Of a stretch of DNA of 64,000 bases, positions 19,620 through 30,484 are shown one piece after another (position 1 is the stretch's first letter; each line of letters begins with the position of its first letter). Under the pieces are notes generated by a model. It did not search any database. It was not told the origin of the DNA and was given only the letters and a program-made list of their open reading frames with translations. The position numbers and the translations under genes were made by a program. This stretch comes from Candidatus Dormiibacterota bacterium (lineage in GTDB: Bacteria > Chloroflexota > Dormibacteria > Aeolococcales > Aeolococcaceae). Location: NCBI GenBank assembly GCA_963768105.1, contig CAVYGR010000008.1, positions 163,569 through 227,568 of the forward strand, given 5' to 3'.

Positions 19620-20319
19620 TCAGAAGCCCAGGTACGCGTGACGCAGCGCATCGTCACCGGCGAGTCGATCGGCGCGGTCGGTCAACGCCACCTTCCCCTG
19701 CGACAGCACGACGGCCTGGTTCGCGACCGAGAGCGCCGAGCGCGCGTTCTGCTCGATGAGCAGCACCGTCAACGCGCGCGTGGTCACCAACGTCTGCAGG
19801 CGCTCCATGATCAGCGCCAGCAGTCCCGCGGCCAGGCCGAGCGACGGCTCGTCGAGCAGCAGCGCGGTCGGTCGCGCCACCAGCGCGCGGCCGATCGACA
19901 GCATCTGCCGCTCGCCCCCGCTTAGATGCGAGGCCTGCAATCCGCGCCGCGTCAGCAGCGGCGGAAAGAGTTCGTAGGCTGCGTCGATGGCCACGCGCTG
20001 GTCGGCTCGGTCGCGGCGCCAGAGTCCGCCGAGGCGAAGGTTCTCGTCAACGGTGAGCTCGCTGATGATGCCGTGGCCCTCGGGCACGTGCCCGACGCCG
20101 AGACGGGCGATGGCTTCCGGCGAACGCCCCAGCAGCTGCTGGTCCCCGAGCCGGACCGAGCCGCTGCGTGCTTTGACCAAGCCGGAGACGGTGCGCACCA
20201 GCGTGGTCTTGCCCGCGCCGTTGGCGCCGAGCACCGCGGTGATGCTGCCGTCGGGCACGGACAGCGACACCTGGTCGAGGGCGGTGACGCCGCCATACGC
20301 CACGGTGAGGTCGGTGATC

Positions 20320-20342
<23 letters not shown>
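19620..20342 (-). CDS. livF: Branched-chain amino acid ABC ATPase
   Basis: [33 protein letters not shown]. Confidence 0.9.
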
Positions 20343-21109
<767 letters not shown>

Positions 21110-21188
21110 CCTACCGTGACCCGTTCAGCCGCATAAGTGCCCGCCAGGGTACAGCGATCCCGCGCGCATCGAGACGAGTCCGGGCGCG

Positions 21189-21935
21189 TCAGCGGATCGC
21201 GACAAGCACGCGATTGGAGAGGTGCTGCCAGATGGTGCCGACCTCGGCGAAGCCCGCGGCGAACAGCGCCGATCGATGGAACTCATAGCTGTGCGCGTTG
21301 TCGTCGTGCGGATGGTCGTGGGAGCGTCGGGCTCGCTCTGCCACCTCGGTCGCGAGCGCCGGCTCCGCAACGGCGGCGGACCACCACGCGTCGTAGTCCT
21401 CGGCGCCCTCCGGAGCGTCGGGCCACGCCGGCCGAACCTGAGCTGCTCCGGCCGCGATCGCGGTCTGGTCGTGATCGAAGTCCAGACGGTCGCCGTCCAG
21501 GAATATCCCGCCCGGACGCAGCACCCCGCCGAGAGTGCCGTACAGACGCACCAGCTGCTCGAGTCCGAGCCAGTGCAGCGCGGTGGTCGAGACCGCCGCG
21601 TCGTACGGCCCAGGCGCCGGCAGGGAGTCCACCCAGTCGGAACGCAGGTCCGTGTCGACGAAGGTCAGGTGATCGTTGGCGCCGAGCGCGCCCCGACCGA
21701 TGGCCAGGAGCACCGGGTCGGTGTCGATCGCCACGATCGTGGCTCCGGGCAGGCGATCGAGGACGCGCGCGCTCATCGACCCGGGGCCGCAGCCGAGGTC
21801 GAGTACGCGCGGTTCGGCGCCGGCGAAGGCGGCGAGCGCGTCGACGATGGCGGTGAACCGCTCCTCGCGGTCGGGGATGTGGCGCTGCTGTTGCGCGTCC
21901 CAGCGTGCCAGCCAGGCTCTCCAGTCCGTGGTCAC
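21189..21935 (-). CDS. Class I SAM-dependent methyltransferase
   Basis: VLDLGCGPG, IDTDPVLL, TTALHWL. Confidence 0.88.
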   Translation of the reverse strand: MTTDWRAWLARWDAQQQRHIPDREERFTAIVDALAAFAGAEPRVLDLGCGPGSMSARVLDRLPGATIVAIDTDPVLLAIGRGALGANDHLTFVDTDLRSDWVDSLPAPGPYDAAVSTTALHWLGLEQLVRLYGTLGGVLRPGGIFLDGDRLDFDHDQTAIAAGAAQVRPAWPDAPEGAEDYDAWWSAAVAEPALATEVAERARRSHDHPHDDNAHSYEFHRSALFAAGFAEVGTIWQHLSNRVLVAIR

Positions 21936-23086
21936 GGCTGCAAGGGTACGGAGGCGTCGGACCCGTCCGTCGCCGCGGGCAGGGTGACGCTGATCGCCGT
22001 GCCCTCCCCCACCCGGCTCGTTGCCGCCACGGATCCGCCGTGCGCCTCGACGACGTCGCGCACGATCGCCAATCCCAGGCCGGATCCCTTCGATCCCGGC
22101 CCCTTGACGAAGCGATCGAAGACGCGGGGCAGCATGTCCGCCGCGATTCCCTCGCCGTCATCGCGCACCGTGATCCGGACCGCATCGCCGGCGGCGCTCG
22201 CCTCGACCCGGATCTCACCGCCGCGACGGCTGTGGGTGAGCGCGTTGCTGACAAGATTGCCAAGAACCCCACGGATGCGGGCCGGGTCCGCGTCGATCGG
22301 CGGCAGGTTCGGGTCCACCGCCTCGGTGAGACGGACCCCGGCCGCGGACGCCTCGGGGCGGAACGCGTCGAGGGTCTCGTTGACGAGGACGTCGACGTCG
22401 ATCGGCTCGCGATGCAGCCGTAGGCTGCCGCCCTCGAGCAACGTGAGCGTGCCCAGGTCGGTGACGAGCATCTCCAGCGACTCGGTGGCGCTGACGATCG
22501 GGGCCATGTGCTCGGCGTCAGCGGGATAGATGCCGTCGGCGATGGCCTCCGCCTGGCCGCGAATGATCGTCAACGGGGTGCGGAGCTCGTGGGCGATATC
22601 GGCGACCACCGACCGCCGCCGCGTCTCCTCCGCCTCGAGACGGCCGCTCATGTCGTTGAGCGCGCGGGCGAGGGAGCGGAGATCCGCGGGACCGCGGACC
22701 GGGACTCGCGCCGAGTAGTCGCCTGCCTCGATGCGATGCGCTCCTTCGATCAGCGCCCCCACCGGCGCCGCCAGGCGGCGGAGGACGAGGAGCGCGACCA
22801 GCACCACCGCCGCTCCCAACGCGAGTGCGGTGACCGCGAGCGCGGTGGACAGCGGGGCGGAGCTCACCACTCTGAAGAGGCTGAGCACGAGCCAGACCAC
22901 GCCCACCATCGCGCTGAGCACGACCAGCATCGCCAGGCCGAAGAAGCACCCGATCCGGCGGGCGAAGCGGCGACCCTGGCGCCGCCAATCCACCCCGTCA
23001 GGTGCGGACCACTGCCGTCCCTCGGGCCACCAGGGCGGCCGTCCCCCGCCCTTCCCCCGCGCCCAGGGCGGCCCGGACCCCCTCAC
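21932..23086 (-). CDS. HAMP-domain sensor histidine kinase (BaeS-like)
   Basis: Two TM segments, HAMP, ADIAHELRTPL, NLVSNA, DDGEG, GSGLGL. Confidence 0.92.
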   Translation of the reverse strand: MRGSGPPWARGKGGGRPPWWPEGRQWSAPDGVDWRRQGRRFARRIGCFFGLAMLVVLSAMVGVVWLVLSLFRVVSSAPLSTALAVTALALGAAVVLVALLVLRRLAAPVGALIEGAHRIEAGDYSARVPVRGPADLRSLARALNDMSGRLEAEETRRRSVVADIAHELRTPLTIIRGQAEAIADGIYPADAEHMAPIVSATESLEMLVTDLGTLTLLEGGSLRLHREPIDVDVLVNETLDAFRPEASAAGVRLTEAVDPNLPPIDADPARIRGVLGNLVSNALTHSRRGGEIRVEASAAGDAVRITVRDDGEGIAADMLPRVFDRFVKGPGSKGSGLGLAIVRDVVEAHGGSVAATSRVGEGTAISVTLPAATDGSDASVPLQP

Positions 23087-23772
23087 GGCTGCACGTCGAC
23101 GACGCGGTATCCCACCCCGAAGACCGTCTGGAGATGACGCGGGGCGCGCGGATCGACCTCGATCTTGCGGCGGATGTTCTTGACGTGCGCATCGATGGCT
23201 CGCTCGTAGGACTCGATGGCGACACCGTGCACCGCGTCGAGCAGTTGGGCTCGCGTGAACACACGTCCCGGCTGTCGCGCCATGTAGAGGAGCAGCTGGA
23301 ACTCCGTCGCAGTGAGGAGCACGTCGCGGCCGTCGACCTGCACCTGCATGCGCGGTCCGTCGAGCACCATCGAGTCGCCGACGCGCACCACGTCCTCGCG
23401 AGCCGCCGCGGTCTGCGCACGGCGCATCACCGCACGCACGCGGGCAACGACCTCGCGGGCGCTGAAGGGCTTGGTGACGTAGTCATCGGCCCCGAGCTCG
23501 AGGCCGGCGACCCGGTCCGCCTCCTCGGTCCTGGCGGTGAGCATGATGATGGGCACGTCGCCGGCGCGCCGCATGTCGCGAGCCACATCGAGGCCGTCCG
23601 TCTCCGGCAGCGTCAGGTCGAGGATGACCAGGTCCGGACGATGTCGGGTGAACTCTCGGAGCGCTGCCGCGCCGGTGGCTGCCGTCATCACCTCGAACCC
23701 CGCCCGCTCCAGGTAATCGCGCACCAGCCGGACGATCTCGGGTTCGTCGTCGACGACGAGCACTGTCTTCAC
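23083..23772 (-). CDS. OmpR-family response regulator
   Basis: VDDEP, LDLTLP, GADDYVTKPF, LTATEF, AIDAHVKNIRRK, GVGY; GTG at 23772. Confidence 0.93.
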   Translation of the reverse strand: MKTVLVVDDEPEIVRLVRDYLERAGFEVMTAATGAAALREFTRHRPDLVILDLTLPETDGLDVARDMRRAGDVPIIMLTARTEEADRVAGLELGADDYVTKPFSAREVVARVRAVMRRAQTAAAREDVVRVGDSMVLDGPRMQVQVDGRDVLLTATEFQLLLYMARQPGRVFTRAQLLDAVHGVAIESYERAIDAHVKNIRRKIEVDPRAPRHLQTVFGVGYRVVDVQP

Positions 23773-23827
23773 GAGGGGGCCATCGTAGGGGCGCAGCGGG
23801 GCGACGATGACGCCGCCCCGCTTGCGT

Positions 23828-24091
23828 TCAGACCGACTGCGCTGTGGGCGTGGTCGCCTCGGCGTCGCGTTTGCCGTGGCCGGCGCCGGCGCAGCCACCG
23901 CCCCACGCCGCACCGCGAGGCCCGAAGCCACGCCTGCTCCAGCGTCGAGGCGTCAGCCCCAGCACTCGCGGGATGACCAGGGCTCCCAGGAAGGTGATCA
24001 CGATGAATCCCGGATCCCTGGTGGTGATGCCGACTGCGGTTGCTGCTCCGACGGCCACGAGGCCCCAGGCGGTGCGTCCTGCACGGTACAT
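23828..24091 (-). CDS. Small two-TM hypothetical protein
   Basis: 87 aa ORF with AAGGAG RBS and two hydrophobic segments. Confidence 0.6.
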   Translation of the reverse strand: MYRAGRTAWGLVAVGAATAVGITTRDPGFIVITFLGALVIPRVLGLTPRRWSRRGFGPRGAAWGGGCAGAGHGKRDAEATTPTAQSV

Positions 24092-24144
24092 GTCGATGCT
24101 CCTTGTGGAGGGTGAACGGTATGCGCCTCACTCTCGGGAGCAGA

Positions 24145-24163
24145 TGCGAACCGCGTGTGAACC
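24145..24163 (-). promoter_or_regulatory. 11-bp-spaced direct repeat (GGTTCACA/GGTTCGCA), OmpR-type site
   Basis: tgcgaacc at 24145 and tgtgaacc at 24156, upstream of the small membrane gene and two-component operon. Confidence 0.45.
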
Positions 24164-24212
24164 AGACAGGGAGGTCTGGCGCATCGACGAAGCAGCACGC
24201 GACTGACGCGGG

Positions 24213-24300
24213 CAGGGCCGGCTCCCACGCGGAGAGCCGGCCCCTGTGGTCAACGTTTTGGCTGCCACGCGGAGAGCCGGCCCTGTGGTCAGCGCTTGGC
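24213..24300. repeat. Terminator-like hairpin with ~40-bp tandem duplication of its arm and the cupin 3' end
   Basis: CCACGCGGAGAGCCGGCCC(C)TGTGGTCA at 24225 and 24265; left arm CAGGGCCGGCTC at 24213-24224. Confidence 0.8.
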
Positions 24301-24663
24301 GTAATCGCCGAACCCGGTCCAGTCGACGACCACGCATGCCTCATCGCCAACCGTCCAGGCGTCGTGACCAGAAGGGACGATCATCAGGTCGCCGGGGCCG
24401 AACGCCTCCTCGGTCCCGTCGTCCATCACCACCGTCATCCGCCCCGAGATGACGTAGCCGACGTGGGACGCCTGGCAGCTCTCCGTCTTCGCGATGGGCT
24501 TGACGTGCTGCGACCATCTCCAGCCGGGCTCGAAGCGCGCCCGACCGACCGGACCGCCGTCAGTGGTCACGACCTCGAGCTTGCCGCTGTTCGCCTCAAA
24601 CGGGCGGGTCTCGTCGGGTGTGTCGAGACTCTTGCGAATCATCCGGGTGCCAATGACCGACAT
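24289..24663 (-). CDS. Cupin domain protein
   Basis: RKSLDTPDETRPF, EPGWRWS, CQASHVGY, PSGHDAW; AAGGAGG RBS. Confidence 0.88.
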   Translation of the reverse strand: MSVIGTRMIRKSLDTPDETRPFEANSGKLEVVTTDGGPVGRARFEPGWRWSQHVKPIAKTESCQASHVGYVISGRMTVVMDDGTEEAFGPGDLMIVPSGHDAWTVGDEACVVVDWTGFGDYAKR

Positions 24664-24727
24664 GGGTTCCCTCCTTGCACTACGTGCGTTGATGAGCTCC
24701 GGTCTGCTGACCGGATGATGAGCATAG

Positions 24728-25609
24728 TCAGACGGCAGCGCCGTATTCAATCGGTCGCGCCGGATCGGCGCTCCACTCCGAGAACGAGCCGTCGTAGACG
24801 CCCGCTCCGTGGATCCCCGCAAGCTCGAGCGCGATCAGCGCCACCGTCGCGGAGACACCGGTGCCGCAGGTGGCGATCAGCTCGCGCGGCGGCCGCGCGG
24901 GATCGATGCCCGCATCACGCAGCAACCTCGCGATCGCCGCAGGGGTTGCGAACAATCCGGTGGCGCCGTCGACGAGCTCCTGGTAGGGCAGCGACCGAGC
25001 GCCGGGGATATGACCCGTCCCCGCGGCTCCAGGCTCGCCCAGGAAGAGATGGCGTGGGCGAGCGTCGATGAAGGTTGCCCCGCCGGCGCCGGCCAGCTCG
25101 ACCTCGTCGAGGCTGCGCCGCAACGCGGGCCGAGCCCTTGGCGTGAATGCCACACGTGCTCGCTGCGCGATGTCCGCGGTCGTGGGCCGTCCCTCGTCGA
25201 CCCAGGTCCGCCATCCGCCGTCGAGGACCCGCGCCTCGGCGCCGTAGAAGCGGAAGCTCCACGCCACCCGGGCGGCGAAGATCCCGTAGTAATCGTCATA
25301 GGTGACCACAAGGTCGCCATCACCGATCCCCAGCGCCCCGGCGCGATCCGCGAACGCATCCGCCGATGCGATCTGGTACGGCACCGGATCCGCGACGTCG
25401 ACGAAGTCGTGCTCCCAGTCGACGAAGACCGCGCCGGGGATGTGTCCCTCCGCGTACTCGGCGCGCTTGGCATGTGCCAGAGCGGAGCTCGGATGGCGTC
25501 CGCGAACGTCGAGGACCACCACCCGGTGCTCATCGAGGTTGGCCCGCAACCAGTCGCCGCCGACCAGCGGCCCCGGCGGCGTTTCGAGCGGTGCGATCTG
25601 CGTGGTCAT
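24728..25609 (-). CDS. Rhodanese sulfurtransferase, mercaptopyruvate type (SseA-like)
   Basis: GHIPGA twice, VLDGGW, active site TCGTGVSA, YDGSFSEW. Confidence 0.9.
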   Translation of the reverse strand: MTTQIAPLETPPGPLVGGDWLRANLDEHRVVVLDVRGRHPSSALAHAKRAEYAEGHIPGAVFVDWEHDFVDVADPVPYQIASADAFADRAGALGIGDGDLVVTYDDYYGIFAARVAWSFRFYGAEARVLDGGWRTWVDEGRPTTADIAQRARVAFTPRARPALRRSLDEVELAGAGGATFIDARPRHLFLGEPGAAGTGHIPGARSLPYQELVDGATGLFATPAAIARLLRDAGIDPARPPRELIATCGTGVSATVALIALELAGIHGAGVYDGSFSEWSADPARPIEYGAAV

Positions 25610-25756
25610 CCGCGTACTCCTCGTGTTGGGTTCGGTCTGCGCAACGGACCTTAGAGGCCGCTGCTTGACCGGTTCTGCCCTCGACCTTGCAGAAACCTTG
25701 GCGCTCGTCCGATCCGTGACCAGGCCCGGGAACCTTGGAGGGGGCTCTGATGTCCT

Positions 25757-26239
25757 ATGGGTATGCGACGGCCCCTGCTGCTCCTGACGTTGGTCGCCGG
25801 CGGCGTCATGGTCGCCGGGGCCATCGCAGGCGTGGGGCTCGCCAGTAGGTCGTCCCCGTGGTGGTACACGTCGGGGCCCAGCGCCTGCGGACCGCCCGCC
25901 CAATATCGCATCGATGGAGGCCGCGCGCAGCCACTGGGCGGCTGCGCGGGCGTCTTCTCCGATCCCCCTGCGACCACGCGGGTGCGCGTTGGCCAGGAGA
26001 TCGACGTGCACATGAGCGAGGACGCATCGGGCCATCCCGGCTTTCCTGCCCCCACGAGCGCGAACGCCGACGTGCTCGTGCGAGGCTCCCTGCAGGACGG
26101 CGGCGCGACCGTGAGTTTTCGAGCCCGATCACCGGGGGTGTCACTGCTGGCAACGCGAGCGCTCTGTCAAGTGCTCCCGCCGCCGGCGGCAGACGAACTC
26201 ACAACGTGCGCGATCCTCGCCGTGACCGTGATCCCATGA
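25757..26239 (+). CDS. Hypothetical secreted/membrane-anchored protein
   Basis: N-terminal hydrophobic helix and 4 Cys; possible ECF-type promoter GGAACC-N17-GTCCTA at 25729-25757. Confidence 0.6.
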   Translation: MGMRRPLLLLTLVAGGVMVAGAIAGVGLASRSSPWWYTSGPSACGPPAQYRIDGGRAQPLGGCAGVFSDPPATTRVRVGQEIDVHMSEDASGHPGFPAPTSANADVLVRGSLQDGGATVSFRARSPGVSLLATRALCQVLPPPAADELTTCAILAVTVIP

Positions 26240-26472
26240 GTAGTAGCCTCGCGAGCGGTTCGGTCTCGTCGGGGGAGTAACCCCCGGCGTCGGCGCCGAC
26301 CTCGTCGGCCCAAGAACTCCTTCCAAAGAGGGTGTCGTCCGGCGCCCGCGGGTTGCGCGTCATGTAAACGCGCCGCATGTGCCTCTAAGTGGACAACAAG
26401 CGCTGTCTCCGAAAGCGGCTCCGGCCGACGAACAAGAGCGGGCGTTGCGTGGCCACCACGGAGGGAACCAGA

Positions 26473-27424
26473 ATGGTCGGCTCGCGAAAGCACGAACTGG
26501 GGATGATCGCGATGGGGCGATCCGCGGCCCTTGCCACCGGCGTGGCGATGGCGGCGGCGCTTCTGGTCTCCGGCCCTGCGCATGCTGCCTATCCGGGGAC
26601 GAACGGACGGATCTCGTTCGCGACATGCGACACCAGCGGGTGCTTCGTCTCCACGATGCTCCCTGACGGGAGCAAGGTTCACCACCTGACCAGCGGGTCC
26701 GACCCCGACTGGTCGCCCGACGGACGGAAGATCGCCTTCGACCTCAACCTGGCCGGCCGGATTGAGGTGTTCACCATGAACGCGGACGGCAGTGACGTGC
26801 AGCAGGTCACCCACCTCCGCGGCCCCTTCACCGGCCGTCCGTCGTGGTCCCCGGACGGGAGCCAGCTGGTGTTCGAGCACTTCCCAGCCAACAACGCGTG
26901 CTGTGGGAACATCTGGACCAGCCGTCCCGACGGCACGGGGCTCCATCAGGTCACCCATTTCACCTCGGAGAACTTCCCCCATGAGGCGGAGTTCTCCCCG
27001 GACGGCCAGCGGATCGCGTTCTTTGAGGGCGCCCCGCGTGGGGGGAATCTCGCAGCGATCTTCGTGATGCGGGCCGATGGAACCGACATACGCCAGGTGA
27101 CCCCGCTTGCGATGGACGCCGACCACCCGGAGTGGTCACCGGACGGCTCCAGGATCATCTTCAACAACGATGCCCATCAGAACGTGGGAGACATCTACAC
27201 CATCCGGCCCGACGGAACCGGATTGAACTCGCCTGACCGACGTGATCCCCCTCGGCGAGGCTGACTTTCAGCCCGACTACTCCCCGGACGGCACGATGAT
27301 CGTGTTCAGCCAGTTCATCCCGAACCAGCCGACCGCCGTGCTGACCATGGAGTCCGACGTCAGCAGCGCCAAGGTCATCAACTCCAACGGCGCGTCGCCA
27401 GACTGGGGGCCCCGGCCATCTTGA
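26473..27424 (+). CDS. Secreted TolB-like PD40 beta-propeller (frameshift ~27230)
   Basis: Signal peptide AHA-A, PGTNGRISF, repeated WSPDG; GGAGGG RBS. Confidence 0.85.
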
Positions 27425-27631
27425 AGACCTCGCTCCAACAGTCGACAACGCGGAGCCGACCGAAGCTCCGCACCTGGTGGTCTCCGGGGGAGTGACGTGG
27501 TTTCCCGGCGTTGGGATCTGGGCATGCGACGCGCGGTCGCTGTCTCCCTTGGCTTGGTGACTGCCGCGCTTCTCGGCAGCTACCTGTTCTGAGCGTGACG
27601 ACGTGGAGAACATTGGCCGCAGGTCTGGATC

Positions 27632-28162
27632 ATGATGCGCGCAGCCATGGCTGTCGATCAGCAGGCATTGGGAGAGGAACGAGGCGCAAGTTTCGAAGCG
27701 TCTTTCGCTGTCGAGGAGCGCCGTCTATTCGCAATCGCCATGTCCATCCTGCGTGACCCCGCCGAGGCGCAGGACGCGACCCAGGAGACGGCGTTGATCG
27801 GATGGCGACGATGGAGCTCACTGAGGGATCCCGCGAGCTCCGGGGCGTGGCTGGCACAGATCTGCGTCCATCACTGCATACGGCGCAAGCGATCACTCGT
27901 TCGGTGGCTCACATTCGACGATTCCGTCAAGCAACTTCGTGCGGACGCAGACCGCCATATGCAGGACGGTGGGACATTTGCCGATATCGACAGGGCGTAC
28001 GCACGGCTGTCCGTGCGTCAGCGCGCCGTTGTCAGCCTGCACTATCACCACGGCTACACGCTCGTTGAATGCGCAGACCTGATGGGGTGCAGTCCCGGAT
28101 CCGTATCGCAGCATCTCGCGAGAGCGCTCCGGTCGTTGCGGAAGGACCTCAGCGATGATTGA
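27632..28162 (+). CDS. ECF RNA polymerase sigma factor
   Basis: AQDATQET, GAWL (region 2); LSVRQRAVVSLHY...GSVSQHLARA (region 4). Confidence 0.9.
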   Translation: MMRAAMAVDQQALGEERGASFEASFAVEERRLFAIAMSILRDPAEAQDATQETALIGWRRWSSLRDPASSGAWLAQICVHHCIRRKRSLVRWLTFDDSVKQLRADADRHMQDGGTFADIDRAYARLSVRQRAVVSLHYHHGYTLVECADLMGCSPGSVSQHLARALRSLRKDLSDD

Positions 28163-29313
28163 CAGGGGTCTTCAGAACTCAATTGGACGCCTATCTCAAT
28201 CGCTTCGACACGTTTGCTGCGCCCCCGCTCGCCGTCAGGATCCCGGGGAGGCGTGGAAGAGGGCTGAACCTGCTGGCCGTCGTCGCAGTCGTTGCTGTCG
28301 TCGTCGCCATTCTGGCCACTCCAATCGTACTGAGCAGATTCCGAGGCCAACACAGCGCCCCGGCAGGCCGGCCACGGCCAACCGCCAACATCTCCCCGCG
28401 ACCGCCGCTCCAGCACAACGGGCAGATCGTGTCGGGGATCGGCAGTCTCCTCGTTGCGCTCAACCTAACCAGCGGTGACACGCCGACTATCTTCTCGGAA
28501 CCCGCGGGCGACGCGGTCCTTGATCCCGCTTACTCGCCAGATGGCACCAAGCTCGCGTACCTCCGGGGCGGCCCACCTGCCAGCGGCGGCTATCCGCAAT
28601 ACATCGATTCGATTTGGGTCCTGGACACCACGACCGGGCACACCCGGCTTCTCACGACGTGTAACGGGTGCGGCGTCTTCGACTACGTCAGCTGGTCACC
28701 TGACGGCTCGCGCCTGGCCTTCTCCCAGGCTGATCCGCGTGGAAGCCTGCAGCTTTACCTGATCGACGCCGACGGCAGCCACCTGACACAGCTGACCCAC
28801 TTCGCGGCGGCTCAGAACGCGGCGCAACCGACCTGGTCTCCCGATGGAACCCGTATCGCGTTCACTTTTTTTGGTATTGGTAACGTCCCCAACCAAGGGG
28901 AAGTCAACACATCGGTCAACCTCGATGTCATCGGGGTCAATGGCTCGGGGCTTGCAACGCTGCTCTCCAGTGGCCAGAGCAGCGGCTACGACACCCATTA
29001 CCTATTCCCGGCGTGGTCGCCGAACGGCTCCCGGATCGCGTACGTGCTCGACCCGCCGGAGCCCAGCGGCGGTGAAAACCAGTACCAGGTGTGGCTGGTG
29101 AATCCCGATGGCTCGCATCGCACCGAGATCTTTCGGCAGAACGGCTGCTGCATTGGGGCGGGGATCTATGCCGGGCCGGCGTGGTCACCCGACGGGACGC
29201 GGATTGCCGCCGTGGTCATGTCCACGCTCTGGGTGATGAACGCCGACGGGGGGGCGCCAAAGTCCCCGGGTAAGGTCGGCTACTACCTCCCCGCCTGGCA
29301 GCCCGTGCCGTGA
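28155..29313 (+). CDS. Membrane-anchored TolB-like PD40 propeller, candidate anti-sigma factor
   Basis: Overlaps the sigma stop; short N-terminus, one TM, then repeated WSPDG/YSPDG blades. Confidence 0.8.
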
Positions 29314-30443
29314 CTGTCGCATTCCAGGTGTATCAAGGAGGGAGTCCAGTGTCGGCACGAGCCTTATTCAACAGGTTGCGCATTGCGTGGTTCAGCCTCC
29401 AAGGGTTGGATCTGCTGGGGACCACAGGCAAACTAACCTCTCGGCGTCGTGTGTCGATCGGCGGGGTGACCGCCGTCCTCGTCGTCGGTTGCGGCGGGGC
29501 GGCAACGACGAGCCCTACAGCAAACGCGTCGCCGACGGCTGCATCACCCATCGCGCCAACGCCCACGAGCGGTCTCCCCGCGCACGGCCGCATCGCCTTC
29601 CAACTCGAGTTCGGCCCCAACGGAGACGACTGCAACATCGTCACGATCGAGCCGGATGGGACCGATCTGCGAATGCTCACGAATGTCGCCGCTGGCTCGG
29701 GCTGCTACGGCGATCCGGCCTGGACCCCCGCGGGCGATCGGATTTTCTTCGACAAGGGCGGCAATACCTCGAGCCATCTCTTCTCCATCGCCGCGGCCGG
29801 TGGCTCCATACGGCAACTCACATTCGGGTCAGGGTTTGACGGCGATCCTGCGATTTCGCCCGACGGCACCCGCATCGCATTCGATCGGGGTGGCGGCCCG
29901 AATCCCCCCGCTCCAGGGATCTTTCTCATGAATATCGATGGGAGCAACATCGTGCGACTGACCACGCCGCCATCGTCGTCGACCGATGGAGACGCTCAAC
30001 CGAACTTCTCGCCGGATGGAACGAAGCTCGCTTTCGTTCGTGATGGAGCGATCTACATCATCGGCATCGACGGCAAGGGATTGCGCGAGGTGACGCGGGC
30101 ATCCCTGGACGCCGTACGGCCGCGGTGGTCGCCGGATGGGTCCAAGCTCCTGTTCGGGAATCCCGATACGGCGAGTTCCGCGGTCGGCCGCAACGTTTAC
30201 GTTGTCAATGCTGATGGAACGGAATTACATGAGCTGACCACGGAGACTGAGCCGAGCTCCGCGGAGGCCCCCGCCTGGGCCCCGGATGGCACGATGATCG
30301 TCTTCGATCAGTTTCAGGATGGCACCCACTTCGTCGCACTTGTGGTAACGCATAGGGACGGCTCGGATCCGATCGTGATCTGGCATCCCACGGCGTACAC
30401 GAACAACTTCCCGGTCAACGCGACGTGGGGTACCGCGCCGTGA
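29310..30443 (+). CDS. TolB-like PD40 propeller lipoprotein
   Basis: VVGC lipobox-like site, Pro/Thr linker, GRIAF, SPDG repeats; start uncertain. Confidence 0.82.
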   Translation: MTVAFQVYQGGSPVSARALFNRLRIAWFSLQGLDLLGTTGKLTSRRRVSIGGVTAVLVVGCGGAATTSPTANASPTAASPIAPTPTSGLPAHGRIAFQLEFGPNGDDCNIVTIEPDGTDLRMLTNVAAGSGCYGDPAWTPAGDRIFFDKGGNTSSHLFSIAAAGGSIRQLTFGSGFDGDPAISPDGTRIAFDRGGGPNPPAPGIFLMNIDGSNIVRLTTPPSSSTDGDAQPNFSPDGTKLAFVRDGAIYIIGIDGKGLREVTRASLDAVRPRWSPDGSKLLFGNPDTASSAVGRNVYVVNADGTELHELTTETEPSSAEAPAWAPDGTMIVFDQFQDGTHFVALVVTHRDGSDPIVIWHPTAYTNNFPVNATWGTAP

Positions 30444-30484
30444 GCCTCTGCGACTGGCAGACGGCGACGACGGGGTTGCATCTC

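Noticed and set aside
24225-24291. Mini CRISPR array
   Set aside because: Only two copies, a 12-nt gap, overlap with a gene end and no cas genes
26265-26310. GC hairpins as an ncRNA
   Set aside because: Best explained as terminator-like stems after the 25757 gene; no recognisable RNA family
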